A DNA stretch of 64,000 bases from an uncultured Candidatus Rokubacteria bacterium (GTDB lineage Bacteria > Methylomirabilota > Methylomirabilia > Rokubacteriales > DASRDR01). Shown in pieces: positions 18,185-26,943 of the stretch (position 1 is the first letter of the stretch; the number at the start of each line of letters is the position of its first letter). The stretch covers positions 288,001 to 352,000 of the forward strand of contig CAVPSB010000002.1 of the NCBI GenBank assembly GCA_963708025.1, given 5' to 3'. Made by a program: the position numbers and the translations under genes. The notes under the pieces are model-generated. The model did not search any database, had not been told where the DNA came from, and saw only the letters and a list, made by a program, of their open reading frames with translations.

Positions 18185-19141
18185 ATGCGGCGACCAGGCA
18201 GGTCACTTCTCCGGGCCGGCCTTCTCTTCACAGCGGTCTTCCTCGTGGTGGTCGCGCTGGGGTCGTGCGCGCGTACCACGCGTCCCGACCGGGCGGCGCT
18301 CGTGCCGACCGGCCCTCCCGAGGCCTACGTCGGGGCGGAGCTGTGCAAGGCTTGCCACGAGCCGGCGTTCAATCGCTTCGGGCACACCAAGATGGGCCGG
18401 CTCTTCCTGCACCAGCCGCGGAACGACAAGGAGCGCATGGGCTGCGAGAATTGCCACGGCCCCGGCAAGGCCCATGTGGAGGCGGGCGGGACCCAGCCCA
18501 TGCCGGTCGCCTTCACCAAGAAGGGGAAGGAGACCGTCGAGGTCCGCAACGCGGTCTGCCTCCAGTGCCACGAGCGGCTGGCCCGGCTGTTCTGGGACGG
18601 CAGCGCTCACGAGTCGCGCGACCTCGCCTGCACGAACTGCCACCGGGTGATGGAGGACGTCAGCCCGAAGTTCCAGCTCGTCAAGAGCACCGAGCTGGAG
18701 ACGTGCGGGCAGTGCCACCTCGAGAAGCGGGCCGCCCAGATGCGCTCCTCGCACATGCCGCTGCGGGAAGGGAAGATGACCTGCAGCTCGTGCCACAACC
18801 CCCACGGGACGCTCAGCCAGACCCTCCTGAAGGAGAACTCGGTCAACGAGACCTGCTACGTCTGCCACGCCGAGAAGCGGGGCCCGTTCCTGTGGGAGCA
18901 CCCGCCGGTGACGGAGAACTGCGTCAACTGCCACGATCCCCACGGGTCGAACAACGAGAAGATGCTGAAGGTCTCCAAGCCGCGGCTCTGCCAGCAGTGC
19001 CACATCGAGACGCGGCACCCGACGCGCCCCTACGGGACGGACGCGGCGTCCTTCAAGTTCGTCATGGGACGATCGTGCTTGAACTGCCACGCCAACATCC
19101 ACGGCTCCAACCACCCGTCCGGCACGTACTACACCCGATAG
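18185..19141 (+). CDS. mtrA: DmsE/MtrA/MtoA/PioA-family decaheme cytochrome c
   Basis: Exactly 10 CxxCH; family motifs CHGPG, CSSCHNPHG, CHAEKRGPFLWEHPPV, CLNCH..IHGSNHPSG. The symbol is a family-level label only. Confidence 0.93.
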   Translation: MRRPGRSLLRAGLLFTAVFLVVVALGSCARTTRPDRAALVPTGPPEAYVGAELCKACHEPAFNRFGHTKMGRLFLHQPRNDKERMGCENCHGPGKAHVEAGGTQPMPVAFTKKGKETVEVRNAVCLQCHERLARLFWDGSAHESRDLACTNCHRVMEDVSPKFQLVKSTELETCGQCHLEKRAAQMRSSHMPLREGKMTCSSCHNPHGTLSQTLLKENSVNETCYVCHAEKRGPFLWEHPPVTENCVNCHDPHGSNNEKMLKVSKPRLCQQCHIETRHPTRPYGTDAASFKFVMGRSCLNCHANIHGSNHPSGTYYTR

Positions 19142-19150
19142 GAGGCCGTC

Positions 19151-21380
19151 ATGCGCGCGTCGGGGACGGCACGGCTCATCGTGGCGGCGGCGGGGGCGCT
19201 GGCGCTCTCGGCCATGTCGGATGTCGCGTCGGCGCAGACGTCGATCTTCGGCCTCCAGGTCGACGGGTACGTGGAGCTGGGCGGCCGTGTCTACATCGAC
19301 GAGCCGTCCGACCAGGAGAAGGCGAAGCTGGAGGAGTACCGTGACCTCTCCCAGCAGCCCTTCGGGGCCTTCGGCGTCCGGCTCTTCCGCCCGGACGAGA
19401 GCCTGGCGATCGACCTGGGCGGCTCGAAGATCGGCCAGGACGACCAGGAGTTCTTCCTGGGTGTCGGAAAGCCCGGCCTCTGGCGGTTCGACTTCGACTG
19501 GAACCAGATCCCGCACGTCTACTCGACGAACGCCCGGCTCCTGGCGACCGAGCCGTCGTCCGGCGTCTTCACGCTGCCGACGCCGCGGCCCAACCTGAAC
19601 CTGTACAACGCGGCCCCCCGGCTGGACGAGATCAAGCAGGAGTGGGACGTCGGGACCTTCGGGTTCACGCTGACGCCCGACGCCGGACATCGACATCCTG
19701 GTCGAGTACACGCGGATCAAGAAGGACGGGAACATCCCGTTCGGGATGACGATGGGCAGCCCCGGGAGTAACTTCGTCGAGTTCCTCCAGCCGATCGACC
19801 AGACCATCCACGACGTCCGGGCCAAGGCCTCGTGGGTCGGCGAGGGCTGGCAGGTCCAGGCAGCCTACCAGCTCTCGCTCTTCGAGAACGCCCTCGATTC
19901 CGTGACCTTCGACAATCCCTGCTTCCGCCTGTCGGCGGCGGTGACGGCCGGCGGCTGCGCCGGCGACGGCGCCGGCCCCCAGCGGGGGCAGAGCGCGCAG
20001 CCTCCCGACAACGTCGCCCACACGTTCAGCATCGCCGGCGGCGTCAACCTGCCGATGCGGACCCGGGTGAACGGGAACGTCTCGTACAGCCTTCGCCTCC
20101 AGGACGAAGACTTCCTGCCCCACACGATCAACCCGGCGATCAGGTCACCGCTCCTCGCCCTGCCCAAGCAGAGCCTGGATGGCATGGTGGGCATCTTCCT
20201 CCTGAACCTGAACGCGACGAGCCGGCCGCTGCCGCCGCTCACGCTGACGGGACGCTTCCGCCTGTACGATTTCGACGACATGACCGACGAGATCCTCTTC
20301 CCTGGCCGGGTCGTGGACAACCGCTCCCTGAACACCGACCCGTTCACGGCCGTCCGCTACGACTACACGACGTACGAGGCGGGGCTGGACGGCCGCTGGC
20401 GCTTCAACCCGCAGGTGGCCGGCACCCTTGGTTTCGCCTGGCAACGCTGGGACCGCAACGCGAACCGCGAGGCGCAGCGGAGCGACGAGTACACCGCGAA
20501 GCTGGCGGTTGACACCACGCCGCTCGACTGGCTGCTCGGACGGCTGACCTACCGGCCGTCCTTCCGCCGGATCGGCGATTACAACACCTTCGCCCACCTG
20601 ATCCACGCCGCGACCGAGGAGGACGCCGCGACCGAGGCGCCGGTCAGCCAGTCCGTGCTGCTCCGGAAGTTCGACGAGGCGGACCGCGACCGCCAGCGGG
20701 TCGACCTCCTGCTCCAGTTCACGCCGACCGACGTCATCGCGATCACGCCGACCTTCAGCTACTGGTACGACGACTACTACAACTCGCCGCTCGGGCTCCA
20801 GAGCTCGGAGAACTACTCGGTCGGGATCGACGTGACCTGGAGCCCCTTCCCCTGGCTGGCCCTGACCGCCGGGTACGTCTACGAGCGGCTCGACCAGCAG
20901 CAGCGCTCGCAGAGCCGGGAGGTGGTCGGGGGGGTGACGTTCGAGCCCCCGGACTTCATCTGGAAATCCGACAACGTCGATACGTACAACACCGTGCACG
21001 CGAGCCTGAAGGCCACGCTGATCCCCGAGGTCCTGGACTGGTACCTGTACGTGAACTTCTCGATGGGCGACGGGGAGATCAAGACCTCGAACCCGATCCC
21101 GCCCCGGAGCGGCAACGCGTCCCAGAACTCCAACGCGACCGCCAAGCCGTTCCCCGACCTGGAGAACACCCTCGTCCAGGTGGGGACGACCTTCCGCTAC
21201 CGCTTCGCGAAGGCCTGGAGCTTCGCGCTCAGCTACCTCTTCGAGCAGTTCGACGAGACGAACTTCCGGACCGACGCGCTGAAGCCCTTCCAGACCCAGA
21301 CGTCCTCCATCTACCTCGGCAACGACCTCAAGGACTACACCGCGCACATCATCACGCTGGCGCTGGCGTACCGCTTCTAG
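19151..21380 (+). CDS. mtrB: MtrB/PioB-family outer-membrane beta-barrel (one frameshift near 19676)
   Basis: Signal peptide, KLEEYRDL, PIDQT, PPDN.AH, RKFDEADRDR, C-terminal YRF beta-signal. Removing one C near 19676 joins ORFs 19151 and 19746. The symbol is a family-level label only. Confidence 0.9.
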
Positions 21381-21434
21381 TAGGGTCGGGCGTCGCCCGG
21401 GACGGGCCGCCCGTCGGATCGGGGCCGGGCTCCC

Positions 21435-21464
21435 TTGACCGCGGCGAGGGCCGCCGGGTACTGT
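21435..21464 (+). promoter_or_regulatory. Sigma-70-type promoter, possibly giving a leaderless mRNA
   Basis: TTGACC-N18-TACTGT ending 6 nt before GTG 21471. Confidence 0.45.
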
Positions 21465-21470
21465 GTCGGC

Positions 21471-22058
21471 GTGGATCGAGAGGAGGCGCCGATCTCGGTT
21501 CGGTCGCCGGAGGGAGAGGCGCCGGGTGCTCCGGGTCTGGCCACCGCGGACCTCCGCCGCGAGCACCAGGTCCTCCTCCGCGCCCTGGCCGTCCTCGAGC
21601 GGGCCGGCCGGCGGTGGGTGGCCCGGCAGCCCGTGGACGACGCGGTGCTGACGGACCTCGTGGCGCTGCTTCGCCGGTTCGCCGAGCAGTGTCACCACGG
21701 CAAGGAAGAGACTCACCTCTTCCCGTCCATGAGGGCGAAGGGCATCGCGGCCGAAGGGGAGATCGGCCGCCTGCTGGCCGCGCACAGCGAAGAGCACGAC
21801 TACCTGGGCACGCTGTCCGGGTACGCGTCGGGGGCCGAGCGGGCGGCCGCCGCCCTCCTGTACGTCGGGGTCATGCGCAAGCACATCGAGGCGGAGGACC
21901 GGACGATCTTTCCGGTCGCCGACCGGCTGTTCACGCCCGACGAGCAGGCGGCGCTGGCGCGGCGCTACGGCGAGCTGGAGATGAACGGCTTCGGCGGCCA
22001 GTTTCGCGAGAGCGTGCTCGACCAGCTGGACCGCCTCGAGCGCCGGCTCCCGGCCTGA
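21471..22058 (+). CDS. Hemerythrin/HHE cation-binding protein
   Basis: LRREH, CHHGKEETHLFP, AHSEE, HIEAEDRTIFP. Start uncertain (TTG 21435 or GTG 21471). Confidence 0.88.
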   Translation: MDREEAPISVRSPEGEAPGAPGLATADLRREHQVLLRALAVLERAGRRWVARQPVDDAVLTDLVALLRRFAEQCHHGKEETHLFPSMRAKGIAAEGEIGRLLAAHSEEHDYLGTLSGYASGAERAAAALLYVGVMRKHIEAEDRTIFPVADRLFTPDEQAALARRYGELEMNGFGGQFRESVLDQLDRLERRLPA

Positions 22059-22117
22059 GTCGCGCCTCGCGCCCGTCCGGCCCGGGGTCCCGGTGAGGCG
22101 GCCGCGCCCCAGGCGGG

Positions 22118-22522
22118 TCACGGCCGGGACGGCGACGCCAGCGCGGGCGCGGGGCCTCCGACCAGCCGCCGGACGGCCTCCCGGAGTCGGGCATTGGCGA
22201 ACGGCTTCGGCAGGTACACGCTGGCCCCGGCGGCGTAGGCGTCGGCCTCCGCCGCCGAGCTGTCGTAGGCGGTCATCAGGATCACGGGAATCGCCGGGGT
22301 CATCTCGCGCGCCCGTCGGGTCACGACCAGGCCATCGAGCCGCGGAAGGCGGAGGTCCGTGATGACGAGGTCGGGCCGTCCCCCGCCCGCCGCGAGGATC
22401 GCGACCGCATCCTCCAGGGTCTGCGCCGCCCAACAGGTGTAGCCGTCCGGCGCGAGCATCCGCATGCAGTTCTCCGTCATGTCGGGCTCGTCGTCGACGA
22501 TGAGGATCGTCGCGTCAGCCAT
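22118..22522 (-). CDS. Single-domain response regulator receiver
   Basis: ILIVDDE, DLVITDLRLPRLDG, MTAY, YLPKPF. Confidence 0.93.
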   Translation of the reverse strand: MADATILIVDDEPDMTENCMRMLAPDGYTCWAAQTLEDAVAILAAGGGRPDLVITDLRLPRLDGLVVTRRAREMTPAIPVILMTAYDSSAAEADAYAAGASVYLPKPFANARLREAVRRLVGGPAPALASPSRP

Positions 22523-22534
22523 GACCGGCTATCA

Positions 22535-22550
22535 TGCAAGACGCGTGCCC
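22535..22550 (-). promoter_or_regulatory. Sigma-54-like promoter
   Basis: Minus strand GGGCACGCGTCTTGCA, 12 nt upstream of ATG 22522. Confidence 0.55.
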
Positions 22551-22569
22551 CGGGCGGTCCCGGCGCCGG

Positions 22570-22710
22570 TCATGGCCCGGCCGGGCCGGCCCCGGACGGG
22601 AAGCCGAGGATGAAGCGCGTTCCCCGCCCGGCGGCCGACTCCACCGTGACGGTTCCCCCGTGCTCGGCCACGATGCGGTAGGACACCGCGAGACCCAGGC
22701 CGGTCAGCGG
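22570..22710 (-). pseudogene. C-terminal remnant of a histidine kinase ATPase domain
   Basis: TGLGLAVSYRIVAEHGGTVTVESAAGRGTRFILGFP (G2 box to end); no upstream kinase sequence. Confidence 0.75.
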
Positions 22711-22847
22711 ATCAGGGTCCAGGAGGAGCCCCTGCGCGGGTACCTGAAGCGCAAGTACGAGTTTCTGCTCTGAAGGGTCCGCGCGCGAGGCCCCCGCCGG
22801 CCCGGTCTCTCGTGAAACCCACCGCCAACCGGGCCGAGAGAAGCAGC

Positions 22848-22876
22848 TTGACACGATCTCTACATAACTGTAGAGT
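22848..22876 (+). promoter_or_regulatory. Sigma-70 promoter with overlapping palindromic operator (chr operon)
   Basis: TTGACA-N17-TAGAGT; perfect inverted repeat CTCTACA-TAAC-TGTAGAG at 22858-22875. Confidence 0.8.
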
Positions 22877-22886
22877 TCACGACATC

Positions 22887-23849
22887 ATGAAGTCGGCGCC
22901 GGGCTGGATGGAGCTGGTCATCAGCCTCCCGACGGAGAACGCCACCGAGCGCATGCGCGTCTGGCGCACCCTGAAGGCCACGGGCGCGGCGGTGCTGCGC
23001 GACGGGGTCTACGTGCTGCCCGAGCGGCCGGACCTCGACGAGGTCCTCCGGCGGCTCGCCGGGGAGATCGCGCGAGGCGGGCGGCAGCTGCCCACGTGCT
23101 GCGGGTGGAGCCCCGCGGCGAGGACCAGGCCGAGGCGCTGCGCGCGCTGTTCGATCGGACGAAGGACTACGCCGCGCTGGCCGACGAGATCGGCCGGGCC
23201 CGAGCCAGCTTCTCCCGCCGGGAGCCCGGCGCCGTCCGGCGCCAGGGCAAGGCCCTGCGCCGGCAATTCGACGCGATCGCCGCCATCGACTTCTTTCCGG
23301 GTGAGGCGAAGGGGCAGGCCGAGGCCGCGCTGATCGAGGCCGAGGCGGCCGCCATGGAGATCCTGAGCCCGGGCGAGCCCCACGGGCGGAGCGGACCCAT
23401 CCCTCGGCTGGATCCCGCCCACTACCGGGGCCGGGTCTGGGCGACGCGCCAGGCGCCCTGGGTGGACCGTCTCGCCTGCGCCTGGCTGATCAAGCGGCAC
23501 ATCGACCCGGCCGCGTCGTTCGTGTGGCTCGAGCAGCCCCACCGCCCTGCCCAAGAAGGCGGTGGGATTCGATTTCGACGGCGCGCCGTTCACCCACGTC
23601 GAGAGCCGGGTGACCTTCGAGGTGCTCCTGCAGAGCTTCGGGCTGGAGGCGGACGCCGCGCTCCGGAAGCTCGCCGACGTCGTCCACTACCTCGACGTCG
23701 GCGGGATCCCCGTCAGCGATGCCCCCGGGGTGGCGACGATCCTGGCCGGCGCCAAGCAGAAGAGCCGCGACGACGACCAGCTCCTGAAGCACGCGCTCGC
23801 GCTCTTCGACTTCCTCTATGCCGCGTACACCGAGAGCGACGCCGAATGA
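22887..23849 (+). CDS. chrB: Chromate resistance regulator ChrB (frameshifts near 23085 and 23540)
   Basis: ISLPTENATERMRVWRTLKATGAAVLRDGVYVLP; IDFFPG; WATR..PWVDRLACAWLI; GFDFDGAPFTH..TFE. Confidence 0.85.
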
Positions 23850-25010
23850 CGCGCCAGTCCGGATCGCAGACCGGCGGCGGACGAGACGCTGCTCGCGCGG
23901 CCCCGCACCGGCCAGCTCCTCCGCTACTTCCTCTACCTGGGCAGCCTCGGGTTCGGCGGCCCGGTCGCGCTGGTGGGCTACATGCAGCGGGATCTCGTCG
24001 AGCATCGCGGCTGGTTCACCCGGGACGAGTACACGAAGTCCCTCGCCCTCTCCCAGCTGGCGCCGGGCCCCCTGGCGGCTCAGCTCGCGATCTGCCTCGG
24101 CTACGTGCACTCCCGGATCCGCGGCGCGACGCTCGTCGCGCTCGCGTTCGTCCTGCCGTCCTTCGTCATGACCGTGGCCATCGGCTGGCTCTACGTGCGG
24201 TTCGGCGGGCTTCCGTGGATGCAGGCGGCCTTCTACGGGGTGGGGGCGGCGGTCATCGGCATCATCACGCTCGCCGCCTACAGGCTGGCGAAGCTGACGA
24301 TGGCCAGGGACCGCCTGCAGTGGGCGATCTTCGCGCTCATGGCCGTCGTGACCGGCGTGGACCGAGTCGGAGATCGCCTGGCTGTTCCTCCTGTGCGGCG
24401 TGCGTCGCCCTGGTCGCGCAGGCCCCGCCGGCGTTTCTGCGTCGGCCCCGCTCGGCCTGCCTGGCGCTGGCGGTCACGCCCGAGGTCCTGGGACAGATCC
24501 TGTGGTTCTTCACGAAGGCCGGCGCGTTCGTCTTCGGGAGCGGCCTGGCCATCGTGCCGTTCCTCTACGGGGGCGTCGTCCAGGAGTACGGATGGCTCAC
24601 CGACAAGCAGTTCGTGGACGCGGTGGCGGTCGCCATGCTGACGCCGGGGCCGATCGTGATCACGGTCGCCTTCATCGGCTACCTCGTCGCCGAGCTTCCC
24701 GGGCGCGGTGGCCGCGGCCATCGGCGTGTTCCTGCCCGTGTATCTCTTCGTCGTGATCCCCTTTCCCTGGTTCGACCGGTTCAGCGGCAACCCGCAGGTC
24801 AAGGCGTTCGTCGGCGGCGTCACCGCGGCCGCGTCGGGGGCGATCGCCGGGGCCTGCTACGTGCTGGCCCGGCGGGCCATCGTCGACATCCCGACGCTGC
24901 TCATGGCCCTGGTCGCCCTGGCGCTCCTCTGGCGGTTCAAGGTGCCGGAGCCGGTGCTGATCGCCGGCAGCGCGGTGGCGGGGCTGCTCATCGTCTGGGC
25001 TCGGCACTAA
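23846..25010 (+). CDS. chrA: Chromate efflux transporter ChrA (several frameshifts)
   Basis: GFGGPVAL, SQLAPGPLA, FGSGLAIVPFL, AMLTPGP motifs of both CHR halves. The frame switches near 23875, 24360, 24400 and 24695. Confidence 0.88.
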
Positions 25011-25036
25011 GAACACGGCGGCGAAAGGACACCATC

Positions 25037-25462
25037 ATGAAATGGGTTACTCGCGAGAAGGCACGCGTCGATCGGATCGCGTGCCCGTGGCTGATCACGC
25101 GATTCATCGACACGGAGCCGGTGTTCCTGTTCGTGCCCGCCGACCAGGTGCTGGAGGTGGCCCGGCGGGAGGCGGCGACGCCGTTCGACGTGCCGGGCGT
25201 CCGCCTCGGACACCACGGGGAGCAGTGCTCGTTCGATGCCTTCCTCGACGAGTACAAGCTCGAGGATCCCGCGCTCCGCGCCCTGGCGCGCATCGTGCGC
25301 GGCGCCGACACCGAGGCCCGGGCCCTGACGCCGGAGTCCTCGGGGCTCTACGCCGCCGCCTCGGGGTTCCGGGAGATCGCCCGGGACGACTTCGACAACA
25401 TGGCCCGGCAGTTCCCGATGTACGACGCCCTGTACGCCTACTGCCGGTCCCGCGGGCGGTAG
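25037..25462 (+). CDS. Short ChrB-C-terminal-domain protein (ChrF-like)
   Basis: AAAGGA RBS; MKWVTREKARVDRIACPWLITRFID..PFD..HHGEQCSFDAF..YDALY. Confidence 0.88.
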   Translation: MKWVTREKARVDRIACPWLITRFIDTEPVFLFVPADQVLEVARREAATPFDVPGVRLGHHGEQCSFDAFLDEYKLEDPALRALARIVRGADTEARALTPESSGLYAAASGFREIARDDFDNMARQFPMYDALYAYCRSRGR

Positions 25463-25484
25463 GCCCCACCGGGAGGGTTCTGCC

Positions 25485-25880
25485 ATGAGCGAGCGCACGA
25501 TCCTGTTCGTCTGTCTGCACGGGGCGGCCAAGAGCGTGGTCGCCGCGACCCACTGCCAGCGGCTGGCGCGCGAAGCCGGTCTCGCGATTCGCGCCACGTT
25601 CGCCGGCACCGAGCCGGATGCCGAGATCGCCCCGGCGGCCGCCGCCGGGCTGCGGGCCGACGGCATCGACGTCGGCGGCCAGCGGCCGCGCCGGGTGACG
25701 CCGGAGGAGATCGCGAAGGCCTGGCGCGTCGTCTCGTTCGGGTGCGATCTGGAGGCGCTGGCGCCGGGCGTCCGCCCGGAGCGGTGGGACGACGTGCCGG
25801 CGGTCAGCGACGGCTACCACGCGGCGCGCGACGCGATCGTCGCGCGGCTCCCGGGACTCCTGGCGATGGGCGCGTCGTGA
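25485..25880 (+). CDS. LMW-PTP/ArsC-fold protein with atypical P-loop
   Basis: ILFVCLHGAAKS, AGTEP, VVSFGC, WDDVP. Confidence 0.75.
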   Translation: MSERTILFVCLHGAAKSVVAATHCQRLAREAGLAIRATFAGTEPDAEIAPAAAAGLRADGIDVGGQRPRRVTPEEIAKAWRVVSFGCDLEALAPGVRPERWDDVPAVSDGYHAARDAIVARLPGLLAMGAS

Positions 25881-26872
25881 AGCCGGCGCCGACCCTGGTG
25901 CTGACCCGGCGGGACGTGGCCGCCCTGCTCGGGATGGAGGAGTGCATCGCGGCCCTGGAGGAGGCCTTCATCCGGCAAGCCGAGGGGGCCGACCCGCCGC
26001 CGGCCATCCTGAGCCTCCACACCGCGCTGGGAGGTCTCCACGTCAAGGCGGCGGTGTTCAGCGAAGCCCGACCCTACCTCGTCGCGAAGGCCAACGCCAA
26101 CTTCCCGGGCAATCGGAGCCGGCACGGCCTCCCGGCGATCCAGGGCGTCATCCTGCTGGTGGACGGCGAGAATGGTCGGCTCCTCGCGCTGATGGACTCC
26201 AGCGAGGTGACCGTGACGCGGACGGCCGCGACCACGGCGATCGCCGCTCGGCACCTGGCCCGGGCGGCCGCGACGACGCTCACCCTGTGCGGCTGTGGCG
26301 TCCAGGGCGGCGCCCACGTCCGCGCACTGGCCCATGTCCTGCCGCTCCGGGACGTTCGCCTGTTCGACGCCGACGCGGCGCAGGCGGAGCGGCTGGCGGC
26401 CGAGCTCTCCTCGGTCCCCGGGCTCCGGGTCGAGCGGGTCACGGACCTCGCGGCCGCCGTCCGGACGAGCGATGTCTGCGTGACGTGCACGCCGTCCCGG
26501 TCCCCGGTGCTGACCCGCGCGGCGCTGGCCCCGGGCCTTTTCGTGGCCGCCGTCGGGGCCGACAGCGCCTCCAAGCAGGAGCTCGAGCCGGAGATCCTGA
26601 CCGGCGCCAAGCTGGTCGTGGACAGCCTCGAGCAATCGGCGACCATCGGCGAGCTCCACCACGCGCTCGCCCGGGGCCTCCTGGGTCGAGCCGACGTCCA
26701 CGCCGAGCTCCCGGACGTCGTCGCCGGACGGCGGCCCGGCCGGGAGGACGACGCCGAGATCACGGTCTTCGACAGCACCGGCATGGCCACCGAGGATGCC
26801 GCGGCTGCCCTGCTCGTCTACCGGAAGGCCGTCGCGCGAGGGGTCGGCCTCCCGCTCGACCTCGAGGGCTGA
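25877..26872 (+). CDS. Ornithine cyclodeaminase/mu-crystallin family protein
   Basis: GTG overlaps the upstream stop; FPGN, RTAA, GCGVQG, AVGAD, VFDSTGMATED. Confidence 0.9.
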   Translation: MKPAPTLVLTRRDVAALLGMEECIAALEEAFIRQAEGADPPPAILSLHTALGGLHVKAAVFSEARPYLVAKANANFPGNRSRHGLPAIQGVILLVDGENGRLLALMDSSEVTVTRTAATTAIAARHLARAAATTLTLCGCGVQGGAHVRALAHVLPLRDVRLFDADAAQAERLAAELSSVPGLRVERVTDLAAAVRTSDVCVTCTPSRSPVLTRAALAPGLFVAAVGADSASKQELEPEILTGAKLVVDSLEQSATIGELHHALARGLLGRADVHAELPDVVAGRRPGREDDAEITVFDSTGMATEDAAAALLVYRKAVARGVGLPLDLEG

Positions 26873-26943
26873 CCGGGGGCCATCGAAGCGGACCGGACGG
26901 GCCTGGTGCCGGTGCCCGGCGAGCGGGCCGCGGCCGGCGCGGC

